DNA of 64,000 nucleotides from Candidatus Iainarchaeum sp. (GTDB lineage Archaea; Iainarchaeota; Iainarchaeia; Iainarchaeales; DTGL01): NCBI GenBank assembly GCA_021163505.1, contig JAGGVE010000034.1, positions 11,726 to 75,725 of the forward strand, read 5' to 3'. Shown piece by piece: positions 19,094 to 27,572 of this stretch (position 1 is its first letter; each line of letters starts with the position of its first letter). The notes under the pieces were generated by a model. It saw only the letters and a program-made list of their open reading frames with translations, ran no database searches and was not told where the DNA came from. The position numbers and the translations under genes were made by a program.

Positions 19094-19315
19094 TCAGACC
19101 TCAAAAGAAGTGATAAAGGCATGTTTCTTGGGAAGTTCTTTTACGTCTTCATCCTCAAGATAGAGTTCAATAGCTTCCTTAAGCATTTCAAGTGCGTTTT
19201 CTATACTGCTGCCCTGTGATGCGGTGTCGAGCTCGGGACAGAGAGCAACGTATTCATTGCCCTCTTTTGTTATTATCGCGGAAAGCTTCAAAACAGTTTT
19301 AGTTTTCGAAACCAT
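19094..19315 (-). CDS. hicB: HicB-family antitoxin (UPF0150 domain)
   Basis: 73 aa 'VLKLSAIITKEGNEYVALCPELDTASQGSSIENALEMLKEAIELYLE' is the typical HicB N-domain. Downstream are only 17 codons 'LRQAHISLEEFKRLLES*', resembling a HicA N-terminus. Confidence 0.6.
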   Translation of the reverse strand: MVSKTKTVLKLSAIITKEGNEYVALCPELDTASQGSSIENALEMLKEAIELYLEDEDVKELPKKHAFITSFEV

Positions 19316-19372
19316 ATTATCACTATAAAATATTTAGTAAAAAGGATTTAGCAGGCAAATAAGGCTTTACTC

Positions 19373-20797
19373 CTATTTAACTCCTCCTTTCTGGTTCAAA
19401 GGTGCTGAACTTATTATGGCGTCCCAATGCTTTTTGTTGTTTATGCAACCAGGATCAGGCTTTAGATAGTTGCCAAAGTAGTTATAAGCTCTTGCTCTGC
19501 AACCCCCGCAATAGTAGCGGTATTTACAGCTACCACAACCCTCTAATATATCCTTATTTCTCAGATCTTCAAAAACGCTGTTGCGGAGCCAAAGCTCTTC
19601 TAAGTCGTTTTCCCTTATGTTTCCAACCTTCAATGGGAAGAAAACACAAGGTTGAATATCCCCATTAGCACGCATACTCATATAAAACCTTCCAGCTCCG
19701 CAGCCGCCGATAAATTCTGCAAGCTTCCTCAACCTTTCACCGGCATCAACATTGTAAAAGTGAGTTGGAATAAATTCAGCACCACATTGCAATGCAACCC
19801 TTGCAAACTGCGGAGCTGTGGAAAGCAAATTTATATTTGAAGTTTTATTTCTTTCATACAGCATTTTGAGCAGTTCTTCCCTCTGCTCGGGGGTAATATC
19901 TGCATTAACTATTTCCCTACCTCTGCCAGTTGGAACAAAATTATAATGCATAAACCAATTGACACCAAGCCTCTCGCAAAGATCGATAACAGCAGGCACA
20001 TCCTGATAGTTATACTTCGTTACAGTCATCGAAACATTCACAAAGAAAGCTTCTTTAACACAGTTCTTTATACCTTCAACAGCCTTGTCATAGCAGCCTT
20101 CGATTCCTCTAAAATTTTCATGCGTTTCCTTTGTTCCATCGAGGCTTATTTGCACATAGTTAATACCATTCTCTTTCATCTTTTTTGCCATATCTTCGGT
20201 TATAAGCGTTCCATTCGTTGCTATCGCAACGTAAATCCCTTTGCTTGCAGCATAGCGTGTAAGCTTGAAAATATCCTTTCTAACTAAGGGTTCGCCCCCA
20301 GAAAATGCTATTATTGCCACCCCAAGTTTATCGAATTTATCTATCGCGTCTAAAGCTTCTTCAGTTGTTAATTCGTCATGTAAAGGCTTGCCTGCTGTTG
20401 CATAGCAGTGCTTGCATTTGAGATTGCATGCATAGGTCACATCCCAAACCACAAGAAAAGGCGCCCCTGACACAAAGGGTTTCCTCACGCCAAAGTATGC
20501 AAGCCCCTTTATAACACTTGCTAAGCCTTTACGCCAGTAAGCATCCTTGAACTTTTCTTTCATTTCATCCATGGTTACATTGAATGCCTTGGCACCATTT
20601 TGCAGAACAGGCTCAATTATTTTTTCAGCAGACTTGCACTTCAAACATGCATTTTCTCTTGCACCAACAAAAAGCTCTAATGCAACTTCAAGCCTGCTCT
20701 TCCCGCACTTTTCACAGTAAGCAGTTAAGCTCTGCAGCGCCTTCTTTGAAACAGGGTTGTTTATAAGATGCATGAAAAGTGAGAGATTGTCAGGCAT
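19373..20797 (-). CDS. radical SAM/SPASM-domain enzyme with N-terminal CxxC...CxxC (rubredoxin-like) extension
   Basis: Radical SAM 'CNLKCKHCYA' (CxxxCxxC). C-terminal SPASM Cys cluster 'GGCGAGRFYMSMRANGDIQPC...CGSCKYRYYCGGCRARAY'. N-terminal 'CEKCGK...CLKCK'. 474 aa. Confidence 0.8.
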   Translation of the reverse strand: MPDNLSLFMHLINNPVSKKALQSLTAYCEKCGKSRLEVALELFVGARENACLKCKSAEKIIEPVLQNGAKAFNVTMDEMKEKFKDAYWRKGLASVIKGLAYFGVRKPFVSGAPFLVVWDVTYACNLKCKHCYATAGKPLHDELTTEEALDAIDKFDKLGVAIIAFSGGEPLVRKDIFKLTRYAASKGIYVAIATNGTLITEDMAKKMKENGINYVQISLDGTKETHENFRGIEGCYDKAVEGIKNCVKEAFFVNVSMTVTKYNYQDVPAVIDLCERLGVNWFMHYNFVPTGRGREIVNADITPEQREELLKMLYERNKTSNINLLSTAPQFARVALQCGAEFIPTHFYNVDAGERLRKLAEFIGGCGAGRFYMSMRANGDIQPCVFFPLKVGNIRENDLEELWLRNSVFEDLRNKDILEGCGSCKYRYYCGGCRARAYNYFGNYLKPDPGCINNKKHWDAIISSAPLNQKGGVK

Positions 20798-20809
20798 GAA
20801 AGCACCTCC

Positions 20810-21679
20810 TTAAAATACCAAAATCAATGACCACAGAGCAAGTATAGCAAGCATCAGAATATGTGGTGTGTAAAAATATGTAATCTTTCGCATTGTTTTT
20901 ATCTTTGTCTGCTTTGGCATTATTATGTGCAGAGCAGAGATAAGGCCCAAAAAAATAGGACAGATTATTAAAAAATATGGAATCTCGCCAATAAGGCAGG
21001 ATATGGAAAACAAAAAGAGTCCTGTAATAGCACTAAGATTCAAAACTTTGAAAACATAGGGTTTTTTCGCTATTGATTGCTTTGGTATGAATTCGTTGTC
21101 TAGCAATTTGTAGTTAATGTATGCGGCGGTGTAGATTAAAAATAGACCTAGCATTAGGATTCGGGGGATCTCTGCAAGCGGCTTAAATAAAGCCCAAGCA
21201 GCACCAAACCTAATCATATGGTTTAGCGGGCCGCAGAACAAGAAGTCAAATTTGCTTTCTTTCAACCTTATTGGCGGTGTAGAATAAACTATCTGCAGAG
21301 CTATTAATACAAATCCAAGCAGAAGATGCAAATATGAGATTTGAAGCGTTAAAAACAGCCCTGCCGAAATCAAAAATAAACATAACACAAAGGCTTCTTT
21401 TTTATTTACCCTGCCTGACGCTATGGGCCTGCTTTTTTTGAAAGGGTTTCTTCTATCGAGGTCAGCATCGTTTATATCATTCAAAACGTAAAGACCTGAA
21501 GCAATCATTGTGAAGCCTATGCAAAGAATAACAAATTGCTGAATGGTTGCATATGAAAAGTTGCCATGCATAAAAAATGCCATTACTGCGCCAGCAGAAA
21601 GTGTGAAAAGAGTCACTGGCCATGCACCAGGCCTCGCAAGTGTTACAAAATCCTTGAGTTTGTTTAAATAAGCTTGCAT
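20810..21679 (-). CDS. UbiA-family prenyltransferase (DGGGP synthase-like)
   Basis: 289 aa, 8-9 TM segments. Asp-rich motif 'NDINDADLDRRN'. Size fits archaeal digeranylgeranylglyceryl-phosphate synthase, but the family also includes heme O synthase and others. Confidence 0.7.
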   Translation of the reverse strand: MQAYLNKLKDFVTLARPGAWPVTLFTLSAGAVMAFFMHGNFSYATIQQFVILCIGFTMIASGLYVLNDINDADLDRRNPFKKSRPIASGRVNKKEAFVLCLFLISAGLFLTLQISYLHLLLGFVLIALQIVYSTPPIRLKESKFDFLFCGPLNHMIRFGAAWALFKPLAEIPRILMLGLFLIYTAAYINYKLLDNEFIPKQSIAKKPYVFKVLNLSAITGLFLFSISCLIGEIPYFLIICPIFLGLISALHIIMPKQTKIKTMRKITYFYTPHILMLAILALWSLILVF

Positions 21680-21703
21680 GCTCTCCCCATTTTGTAGACT
21701 AGA

Positions 21704-22264
21704 TTAAACAACAGGCGTTTGATAAGAGGCCTTTTTTGTTCTGGCATAAACATCATGCATTTTTAAAACCTTAATAAGCTGTTTTACAGTAAGAGCTCTT
21801 TTTGTTTTGATAAGCCACAAGAAAAAGTTTGAGAGGATAACAGCCTTTTTATATTCATTTATTATATTCTCCAGTTTCTTCTTGGTGTGTTCGTTACCCG
21901 CCTCTTTCGCCTTGGAAAGCAGTTCTATCACCGGCTCAACGCTTAACTGCACGAAGTTACCCAAGATTTTCTCAAACGCCTCGAGAAAAGAAGAGGTCGC
22001 CCCATAGAGGCGTTCTTTCCCTCTCCTGCCCACAACGCTTATTAGGCCCATTTTCTCCAAAAACGCCAGGCTTGGACTTACCAAGCTCAGACTGTAATTG
22101 CATTCTCTGGCGATTTCTCTTTGAGACAACGGTAAACCTTCAAATAGGAGCAAACCCCAGATCCTACCAACAGGTTCGCCAAGGCCCCATTGCTTGCCAA
22201 TCCTGCTCATCATCCTCATGAATTCTTGCTTGGTTTTCCCCATACTTTCCATCATTTTCACCAA
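21704..22264 (-). CDS. MarR/GbsR-like winged-helix transcriptional regulator
   Basis: 'GRIWGLLLFEGLPLSQREIARECNYSLSLVSPSLAFLEKMGLISVV' is a wHTH of the COG1510-like archaeal regulators. Confidence 0.5.
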   Translation of the reverse strand: MVKMMESMGKTKQEFMRMMSRIGKQWGLGEPVGRIWGLLLFEGLPLSQREIARECNYSLSLVSPSLAFLEKMGLISVVGRRGKERLYGATSSFLEAFEKILGNFVQLSVEPVIELLSKAKEAGNEHTKKKLENIINEYKKAVILSNFFLWLIKTKRALTVKQLIKVLKMHDVYARTKKASYQTPVV

Positions 22265-22825
22265 TCGCCAAGATTCTAAGACTTAAACCAGGACTTTATT
22301 TTTTCCCACAAACTCTTGAGCCAATCAAGCATAGTCTACACCACCTTTCACAAATTTCAGTTTTTTATGAATTTTGAAAAATTTGTTCTGCAAAAGGTTT
22401 AAAAGAGTATTCCTTCAGGGTCAGTTGAAATTATCTAAAACCCCAAAAAACATTAGGTGCGATATGCTAAGCAACCTTATCCAACATTGGTCAAGTGGTT
22501 CGCAAAGCTCACCCAAAGGTTTTTCTAATGAGTAGGCGCCCTTTTGGTATGCCCCTTAATTAAATCTCTAAATGACTTAAAATCATGGCTTTCGAACATT
22601 TTCAGGAAAAAATGCCATCAATAGACGTGAAATAAGAAGCCTGCTAACGGCATCAAAGCAACTGAAATGCAGGAATAATCTCTGCATCACATGGGATTAC
22701 GAAAGCGAGGAAATAATTAATAGAAAAAAAGTAAAGTTTGTTCCTTTGTGGAAATGGCTTCTAAATTTTAAATAAGTTTTATGCGACTATAAATTTAATA
22801 ACTCTTCAATGCTTAATTATTTGCG

Positions 22826-23797
22826 ATGCTTATGAGTGCGAGCAAAAACATGGTGAAGGAAACCGCCAGAAAAATAAGAAGGCTTGAGATTCAGGGCTCG
22901 AGCAAAGTAAGGAAAGCGGTTGTGAATGCATTGCGTGCGAGCGTTGAAAAAAGCAGAGCAAAGAACGCTGAAGAATTGCGAGAGGAGCTAAAGAAAAATA
23001 TGCTGCTGCTAGCTAATGCAAGACCTACAGAACCAGAAACAAGAACTGCTTTACGCATAATTTTGAGAGCAGCACAAAAAGAGCTAGCGTTAGAGGAACT
23101 AAAAGAGGAGATAATAAAAGCCTGCATTGAATACGAAAAAAATAGAGAAAAGGCTATGCAAACAATCGCTGAAATTGGGAGCGAAGCGTTGGAGGATTGT
23201 AGCGTTATTTTTACTCACTGCCATTCGCACACAGTTGAAGGAATATTGAAGAGAATGCATGAAAAGGGCTATTTGCAGGAAGTCATATGTACAGAAACAA
23301 GGCCGCGGTACCAGGGCAGAATTACCGCAAGGCAATTAACAAAAGCAGGCATTGATTGTACAATGATTGTTGATTCTGCAGCAAGGATGTTTATAGGTAA
23401 AGCAGATGCGTTTCTCACAGGCTGTGATGCAATCCTTGCAAGTGGAGCGATTGTAAATAAAATTGGCACATCACTAATTTCGCTTGCGGCCAGAAAAGCA
23501 AATGTGCCACATTATGTTGCTTCAAGCTCGCATTGTTTTGACCCTGCAACTTACTATGAGAAAGAGGAGCCGATTGAAGAAAGGCCTGCTAACGAGATAT
23601 GGGAAAAGAGGTTTAAGCGCTTGACCATAAAGAACCCTGCTTTTGATGTAACCGAAGCGGAGCTTGTGAAAGCAATTATATGCGAAAAAGGTGTGCTCAC
23701 ACCAAAAAGGTTTGTAAAGCTTATGGTGAAAGAGTTAGGGCTGAGCAAAAAGCCCTATATTTCGTTAATAGATATGCTGAAAAATAGTTCCTTATGA
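22826..23797 (+). CDS. eIF-2B alpha/beta/delta-family protein (aIF-2B-like / ribose-1,5-bisphosphate or MTR-1-P isomerase family)
   Basis: 323 aa. 'RPRYQGRITARQLTKAGIDCTMIVDSAARMF...GCDAILASGAIVNKIGTSLISLAARKANVPHYVASSSHCFD', with conserved Cys/Asp positions of the family. Confidence 0.8.
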   Translation: MLMSASKNMVKETARKIRRLEIQGSSKVRKAVVNALRASVEKSRAKNAEELREELKKNMLLLANARPTEPETRTALRIILRAAQKELALEELKEEIIKACIEYEKNREKAMQTIAEIGSEALEDCSVIFTHCHSHTVEGILKRMHEKGYLQEVICTETRPRYQGRITARQLTKAGIDCTMIVDSAARMFIGKADAFLTGCDAILASGAIVNKIGTSLISLAARKANVPHYVASSSHCFDPATYYEKEEPIEERPANEIWEKRFKRLTIKNPAFDVTEAELVKAIICEKGVLTPKRFVKLMVKELGLSKKPYISLIDMLKNSSL

Positions 23798-23821
23798 CTT
23801 CGCTTCGCGTTGCTATATAGC

Positions 23822-24240
23822 TTATGAGGTCTTCCTATAACAGCTGAGAAATTTTGTCGGTGTTACAATTTTTGTATTTCCAAACCTTCTCAGCTTAAGG
23901 AGATGAGAGTCTCCAGTAACTATAAAATCCGCTTTGCTTTCACAGGCACACTCAAGAAACATATTATCACTTGGATCTTCTCTAATAATGTTTACTTGGC
24001 GTCTTGGGACAACAACTGACGCTGTGGAAAGAACAAACCTCTTTAAACGTATTTTCTTTTGTTTTGAAAAATAAATTTAGGGTATTCTATCACTCTGGAA
24101 AATTCATTAAAGATGGAGGGAGAAATAATAACGGTAATTTTATTCTGAACTGTTAGTTTGAGAATCTCTCTGGATGATCCTTTCCAGCCAAAGGCCGAAA
24201 GCCAAATATTTGTATCTAAGACTACTTTTGTCTTGCCCAT
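23822..24240 (-). pseudogene. PIN-domain (VapC-like) toxin gene disrupted by a -1 frameshift in a T5 run
   Basis: N-terminal 65 aa 'MGKTKVVLDTNIWLSAF...EYPKFIFQNKRKYV*' (track ORF 24043-24240). The C-terminal half continues in another frame: 'FSKQKKIRLKRFVLSTASVVVPRRQVNIIREDPSDNMFLECACESKADFIVTGDSHLLKLRRFGNTKIVTPTKFLS...', carrying the conserved PIN acidic residues and the IVTGD motif. T6 instead of T5 (plus-strand 'gaaaaat' at about 24068-24074) restores a protein of about 140 aa. Confidence 0.6.
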
Positions 24241-24506
24241 CTAACAGCCTCTTTAATATCGCGTTTCGTTATTTTCTTTCTTTTAAATTCTTTTTCTGTA
24301 GCGTCAACCAGTTCTCTAAACTCCTTTTCAATATCTGGAAGTTTAATCTTCTTAAAGAAGATGCCATCCTTCACCATAACCGCGGCAAACAGCTCACTTG
24401 GCTTTAGACCAAGCTTTTTCCTGTATTCCTTCGGAACAACAAGCTGCCCCTTTGCAGACATTTTAACGATTTCAACCATAATATCACCGTATGTAAAGTT
24501 AAACAA
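24222..24506 (-). CDS. AbrB/SpoVT-fold (VapB/MazE-like) antitoxin
   Basis: 'MSAKGQLVVPKEYRKKLGL' swapped-hairpin motif. Overlaps the start of the PIN gene by about 19 nt. Real start probably Met10 or Met16. Confidence 0.6.
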   Translation of the reverse strand: MFNFTYGDIMVEIVKMSAKGQLVVPKEYRKKLGLKPSELFAAVMVKDGIFFKKIKLPDIEKEFRELVDATEKEFKRKKITKRDIKEAVRWARQK

Positions 24507-24539
24507 TACTACTTTTAAACCTTTTTACTAAAAGTAGTA
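24507..24539. promoter_or_regulatory. perfect 11-bp inverted repeat (tactactttta-N11-taaaagtagta) in the vapB promoter, a candidate autoregulatory operator
   Basis: Read directly from the sequence. Embeds a TTTAAA TATA-like element. Immediately upstream of the antitoxin start. Confidence 0.5.
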
Positions 24540-24595
24540 AAAATAGGAAGAGCCTATGCAATTTTAATTTAAAAACATTGTTAGGTTTTATATAA

Positions 24596-26503
24596 TTGGT
24601 TCTTATGGAAAAGGTCGATTACAAAGCAGTTGGTTTGAAAGCTGGCTTGGAAGTGCACCAGCAGCTTGATACTGGGAAGCTTTTCTGCAGATGCGCAAGC
24701 AAGCTTGTGAATCGCGAGCCAGACTTTCGTTTTACAAGGAAATTGAGGCTGGCTGCTAGCGAACTTGGAGAATTTGATAGGGCTGCTTTGGAACAATTTA
24801 AGAAAGGCGTTATTTACGAGTATGAATTCTTCGATGATTGCTGCTGTTTGGTTGAAGCGGATGAAGAGCCGCCGAAGCAAGCGGATGAGGAAGCATTAGA
24901 GGTGGCTTTAAAAATCGCATTAATGTGCAATGCTCACATATTTGATGAGCTTGCGGTTATGAGAAAAATAGTGATAGATGGTTCAAATGTGAGCGGCTTC
25001 CAGAGAACGATGCTCATTGCTGAGAATGGCAAAGTAGATATTGGAAACAAAGAGGTTGACATTCAGACAATTGTACTTGAAGAGGATGCTGCACGCCCCA
25101 TGAAAAAGGAGGGAAATAAAATTGTTTACAGGCTTGACCGCTTGGGAATTCCGCTCATAGAAATAGCAACAGCCCCGCAGCTAAAAACTCCGCAAGAAGT
25201 AAAGCTCTGCGCTTTGAAGATTGGCGAGCTTTTGAGGAGAACGTGTAAGGTTAAGCGCGGCCTCGGCACAATAAGGCAGGATATAAATATTAGCATAAAG
25301 AATGGTGCGAGGATTGAGCTAAAAGGAGTGCAGGAGCTAGAGCTCATAGATAAGTATGTTGAAAATGAGGTGAAAAGACAGCTTGCGTTGCTTGAGATAA
25401 AAGAGGAGCTTGCTAAGAGAAAGCTTAGTGAAAAAGAGCTCCGCTTGGATCACAAGGATTTGGGCGAACTTTTCAAAGAAACGCAATGCAAGATAATTGC
25501 TTCCGGCTTAAGCAGAGGAAATCACATATTTGGAATAAAGCTTTCTAAGTTTGCGGGCTTAGTTGGGAAGGAAGTTCAGCCTTCAAGGCGATTTGGCACG
25601 GAGCTAGCGGATTATATAAAAGCAAGGCATGGTTTAGGTGGCCTATTCCACAGCGATGAATTGCCCAAGTATGGAATAACTGAGCGAGAGGTTGCAAATG
25701 TTAAGGAAGCCTTAGCTTGCAAAGCTCAGGATGCATTCGTTTTGCTTGTTACTGATAAAAGCACAGCTAAGAAAGCATTTGAGACAATAATTGAAAGATG
25801 TAAAATTGCTCTGAAAGGCGTGCCAGAAGAAACTCGCGAAGCATTGCCTGATGGAAATTCCTGCTATAAAAGACCGCTGCCCGGATCAGCAAGGATGTAT
25901 CCAGAAACGGATATTCCAAAAACGGTTGTAAGCAAAGAGATGATTGAGCAGCTAAAGAAAGAGCTGCCATTAACTGTTGAAGAGCGCTTAGCGCTCTATA
26001 AAAAGCATGGGTTGAGCGAAAAATTAGCTAATGAGATGAAGCTAAGCAATTATGCTTGCTTCTTTGAAGAATTAATAAAACAGGGTTTTGATGCGAAGCG
26101 CTGCGCAGTGCTTCTGCTTGAAGAGTTGAAAAATTTAGAGAGGCAGGGGATCCGTACAGAAAATATAAAAGAAAAAGACATAGTTGAACTTCTGAAAGCT
26201 GAGCAGAAAGGATTTAATAGAGATTTAAGTATTGAGGTGCTGAAAGAGAAGGGAAAGCATGCAGAAAAGAGCATAAATGAGATCATAGAATCTTTCAAGG
26301 CCAGCAAAGTTTCCGAAGAAGAGGCAAAAGCACTTATAGCGAAAATTGTGAAAAGGAATAAAAAGCTCGTGGCTGAAAGGAAAGAGCGCGCAATAAATGC
26401 GCTTATGGGCGAAGCAATGAAAGAGCTCAAAGGCAAACTCGAAGCCAAGCTTGTTGCCAAGATGCTAAAAGAAGCTATCGAGAAAGCACTGAGCGAAAGT
26501 TAA
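24596..26503 (+). CDS. gatE: Glu-tRNA(Gln) amidotransferase subunit E
   Basis: 635 aa. N-terminal 'GLEVHQQL', GatB-like AspRS-type insertion and C-terminal YqeY-like tail. Archaeal-specific GatE length. Confidence 0.85.
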   Translation: MVLMEKVDYKAVGLKAGLEVHQQLDTGKLFCRCASKLVNREPDFRFTRKLRLAASELGEFDRAALEQFKKGVIYEYEFFDDCCCLVEADEEPPKQADEEALEVALKIALMCNAHIFDELAVMRKIVIDGSNVSGFQRTMLIAENGKVDIGNKEVDIQTIVLEEDAARPMKKEGNKIVYRLDRLGIPLIEIATAPQLKTPQEVKLCALKIGELLRRTCKVKRGLGTIRQDINISIKNGARIELKGVQELELIDKYVENEVKRQLALLEIKEELAKRKLSEKELRLDHKDLGELFKETQCKIIASGLSRGNHIFGIKLSKFAGLVGKEVQPSRRFGTELADYIKARHGLGGLFHSDELPKYGITEREVANVKEALACKAQDAFVLLVTDKSTAKKAFETIIERCKIALKGVPEETREALPDGNSCYKRPLPGSARMYPETDIPKTVVSKEMIEQLKKELPLTVEERLALYKKHGLSEKLANEMKLSNYACFFEELIKQGFDAKRCAVLLLEELKNLERQGIRTENIKEKDIVELLKAEQKGFNRDLSIEVLKEKGKHAEKSINEIIESFKASKVSEEEAKALIAKIVKRNKKLVAERKERAINALMGEAMKELKGKLEAKLVAKMLKEAIEKALSES

Positions 26504-26556
26504 TTAAAAAGAATTACCTTTTTTACGTATCATCTAGCTAACGAAGTGGTTAAGTC

Positions 26557-27564
26557 ATGCGAGGTTATAAAACGCTGATTAAAAAATATGATAAAAGCAA
26601 TATGCTCACTTTGTTGCACAGCTTTCCGGAGCAATGCGAGCTTGCTCTGGAAATCTCGCAAAAATACCCATTAAAAGCAAGCAGAACCTATGAAAATATT
26701 TTCATACAAGGGATGGGTGGCAGCGGTATAGGCGGCGTAATAGCAAGCGACTTATTGAAGCCTATCTGCAAAGTGCCTATAATAGTGAATAATAGCTATG
26801 AGCTGCCGAGCTTTGTAAATGAGAAAACGCTAGCATTTTTTGTAAGCTATTCTGGAAATACTGAAGAAACACTCGCGTGCTTTAAAAAAGCGAGGGCAAA
26901 AAATGCAACGATACTTTGCATAAGCTCCAATGGAAAGCTTGCCAAGCTATGTAAAAGCTGTATAAGAGTTTCAGCAGGAAATCCGCCAAGAACAATGCTC
27001 GGATTTCTCTCATTGCCTTTGCTGGCTACTATTGAACGTTGCAAGCTTCTTAAAAAACCGCTTCCATTAAAAGCTCTCCCAAGGTTTTTAAAGCGAGAAA
27101 TTGTAAGCATAGAAAAGCTTGGCTGCGCGCTAGCCAAAAAGCTCTATGGAAAGATACCTGTAATTTATGCCAGCGACTCCTATAGAGCAGTGGCAATGCG
27201 TTTCCACACGCAGCTTGCAGAGAACTCTGCGGTATTCTCGCATTGGAACGTTCTGCCAGAAGCAAATCATAATGAGATAGTCGGTTTTAAACCAAAGGAA
27301 AAAAGTTTAGCGTTTGTGTTCTTCCGAAGTAAAGATGAAAGCAAGAGGATGCAGAGACGCTTTGCGTTTACAAAAAAGCTAGTGAGTAAAAAAAGTTCGG
27401 CTATTGAAATCTGGTTGGAAGGAAAAACGAATATTGAAAGAATGTTTTATGGAATTCTTGCTGGTGATTTTATAAGCTATTACCTCGCGCTACTTAACAG
27501 AAAAGACCCAAGCGAGATAAAGAATATAGATTATCTAAAAAATGCTCTGAGGGGCTTGCCTTAG
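26557..27564 (+). CDS. bifunctional phosphoglucose/phosphomannose isomerase (SIS-domain, archaeal PGI/PMI type)
   Basis: 'GMGGSGIGG', 'SYSGNTEET' and 'PEANHNE' motifs. 335 aa. Confidence 0.65.
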   Translation: MRGYKTLIKKYDKSNMLTLLHSFPEQCELALEISQKYPLKASRTYENIFIQGMGGSGIGGVIASDLLKPICKVPIIVNNSYELPSFVNEKTLAFFVSYSGNTEETLACFKKARAKNATILCISSNGKLAKLCKSCIRVSAGNPPRTMLGFLSLPLLATIERCKLLKKPLPLKALPRFLKREIVSIEKLGCALAKKLYGKIPVIYASDSYRAVAMRFHTQLAENSAVFSHWNVLPEANHNEIVGFKPKEKSLAFVFFRSKDESKRMQRRFAFTKKLVSKKSSAIEIWLEGKTNIERMFYGILAGDFISYYLALLNRKDPSEIKNIDYLKNALRGLP

Positions 27565-27572
27565 GTGATTTC

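Noticed and set aside
22265-22825. RNase P RNA or SRP RNA in the large intergenic gap
   Set aside because: No P4/CR-I-like (GGAAAGUCC) or SRP domain-IV motifs were recognisable.
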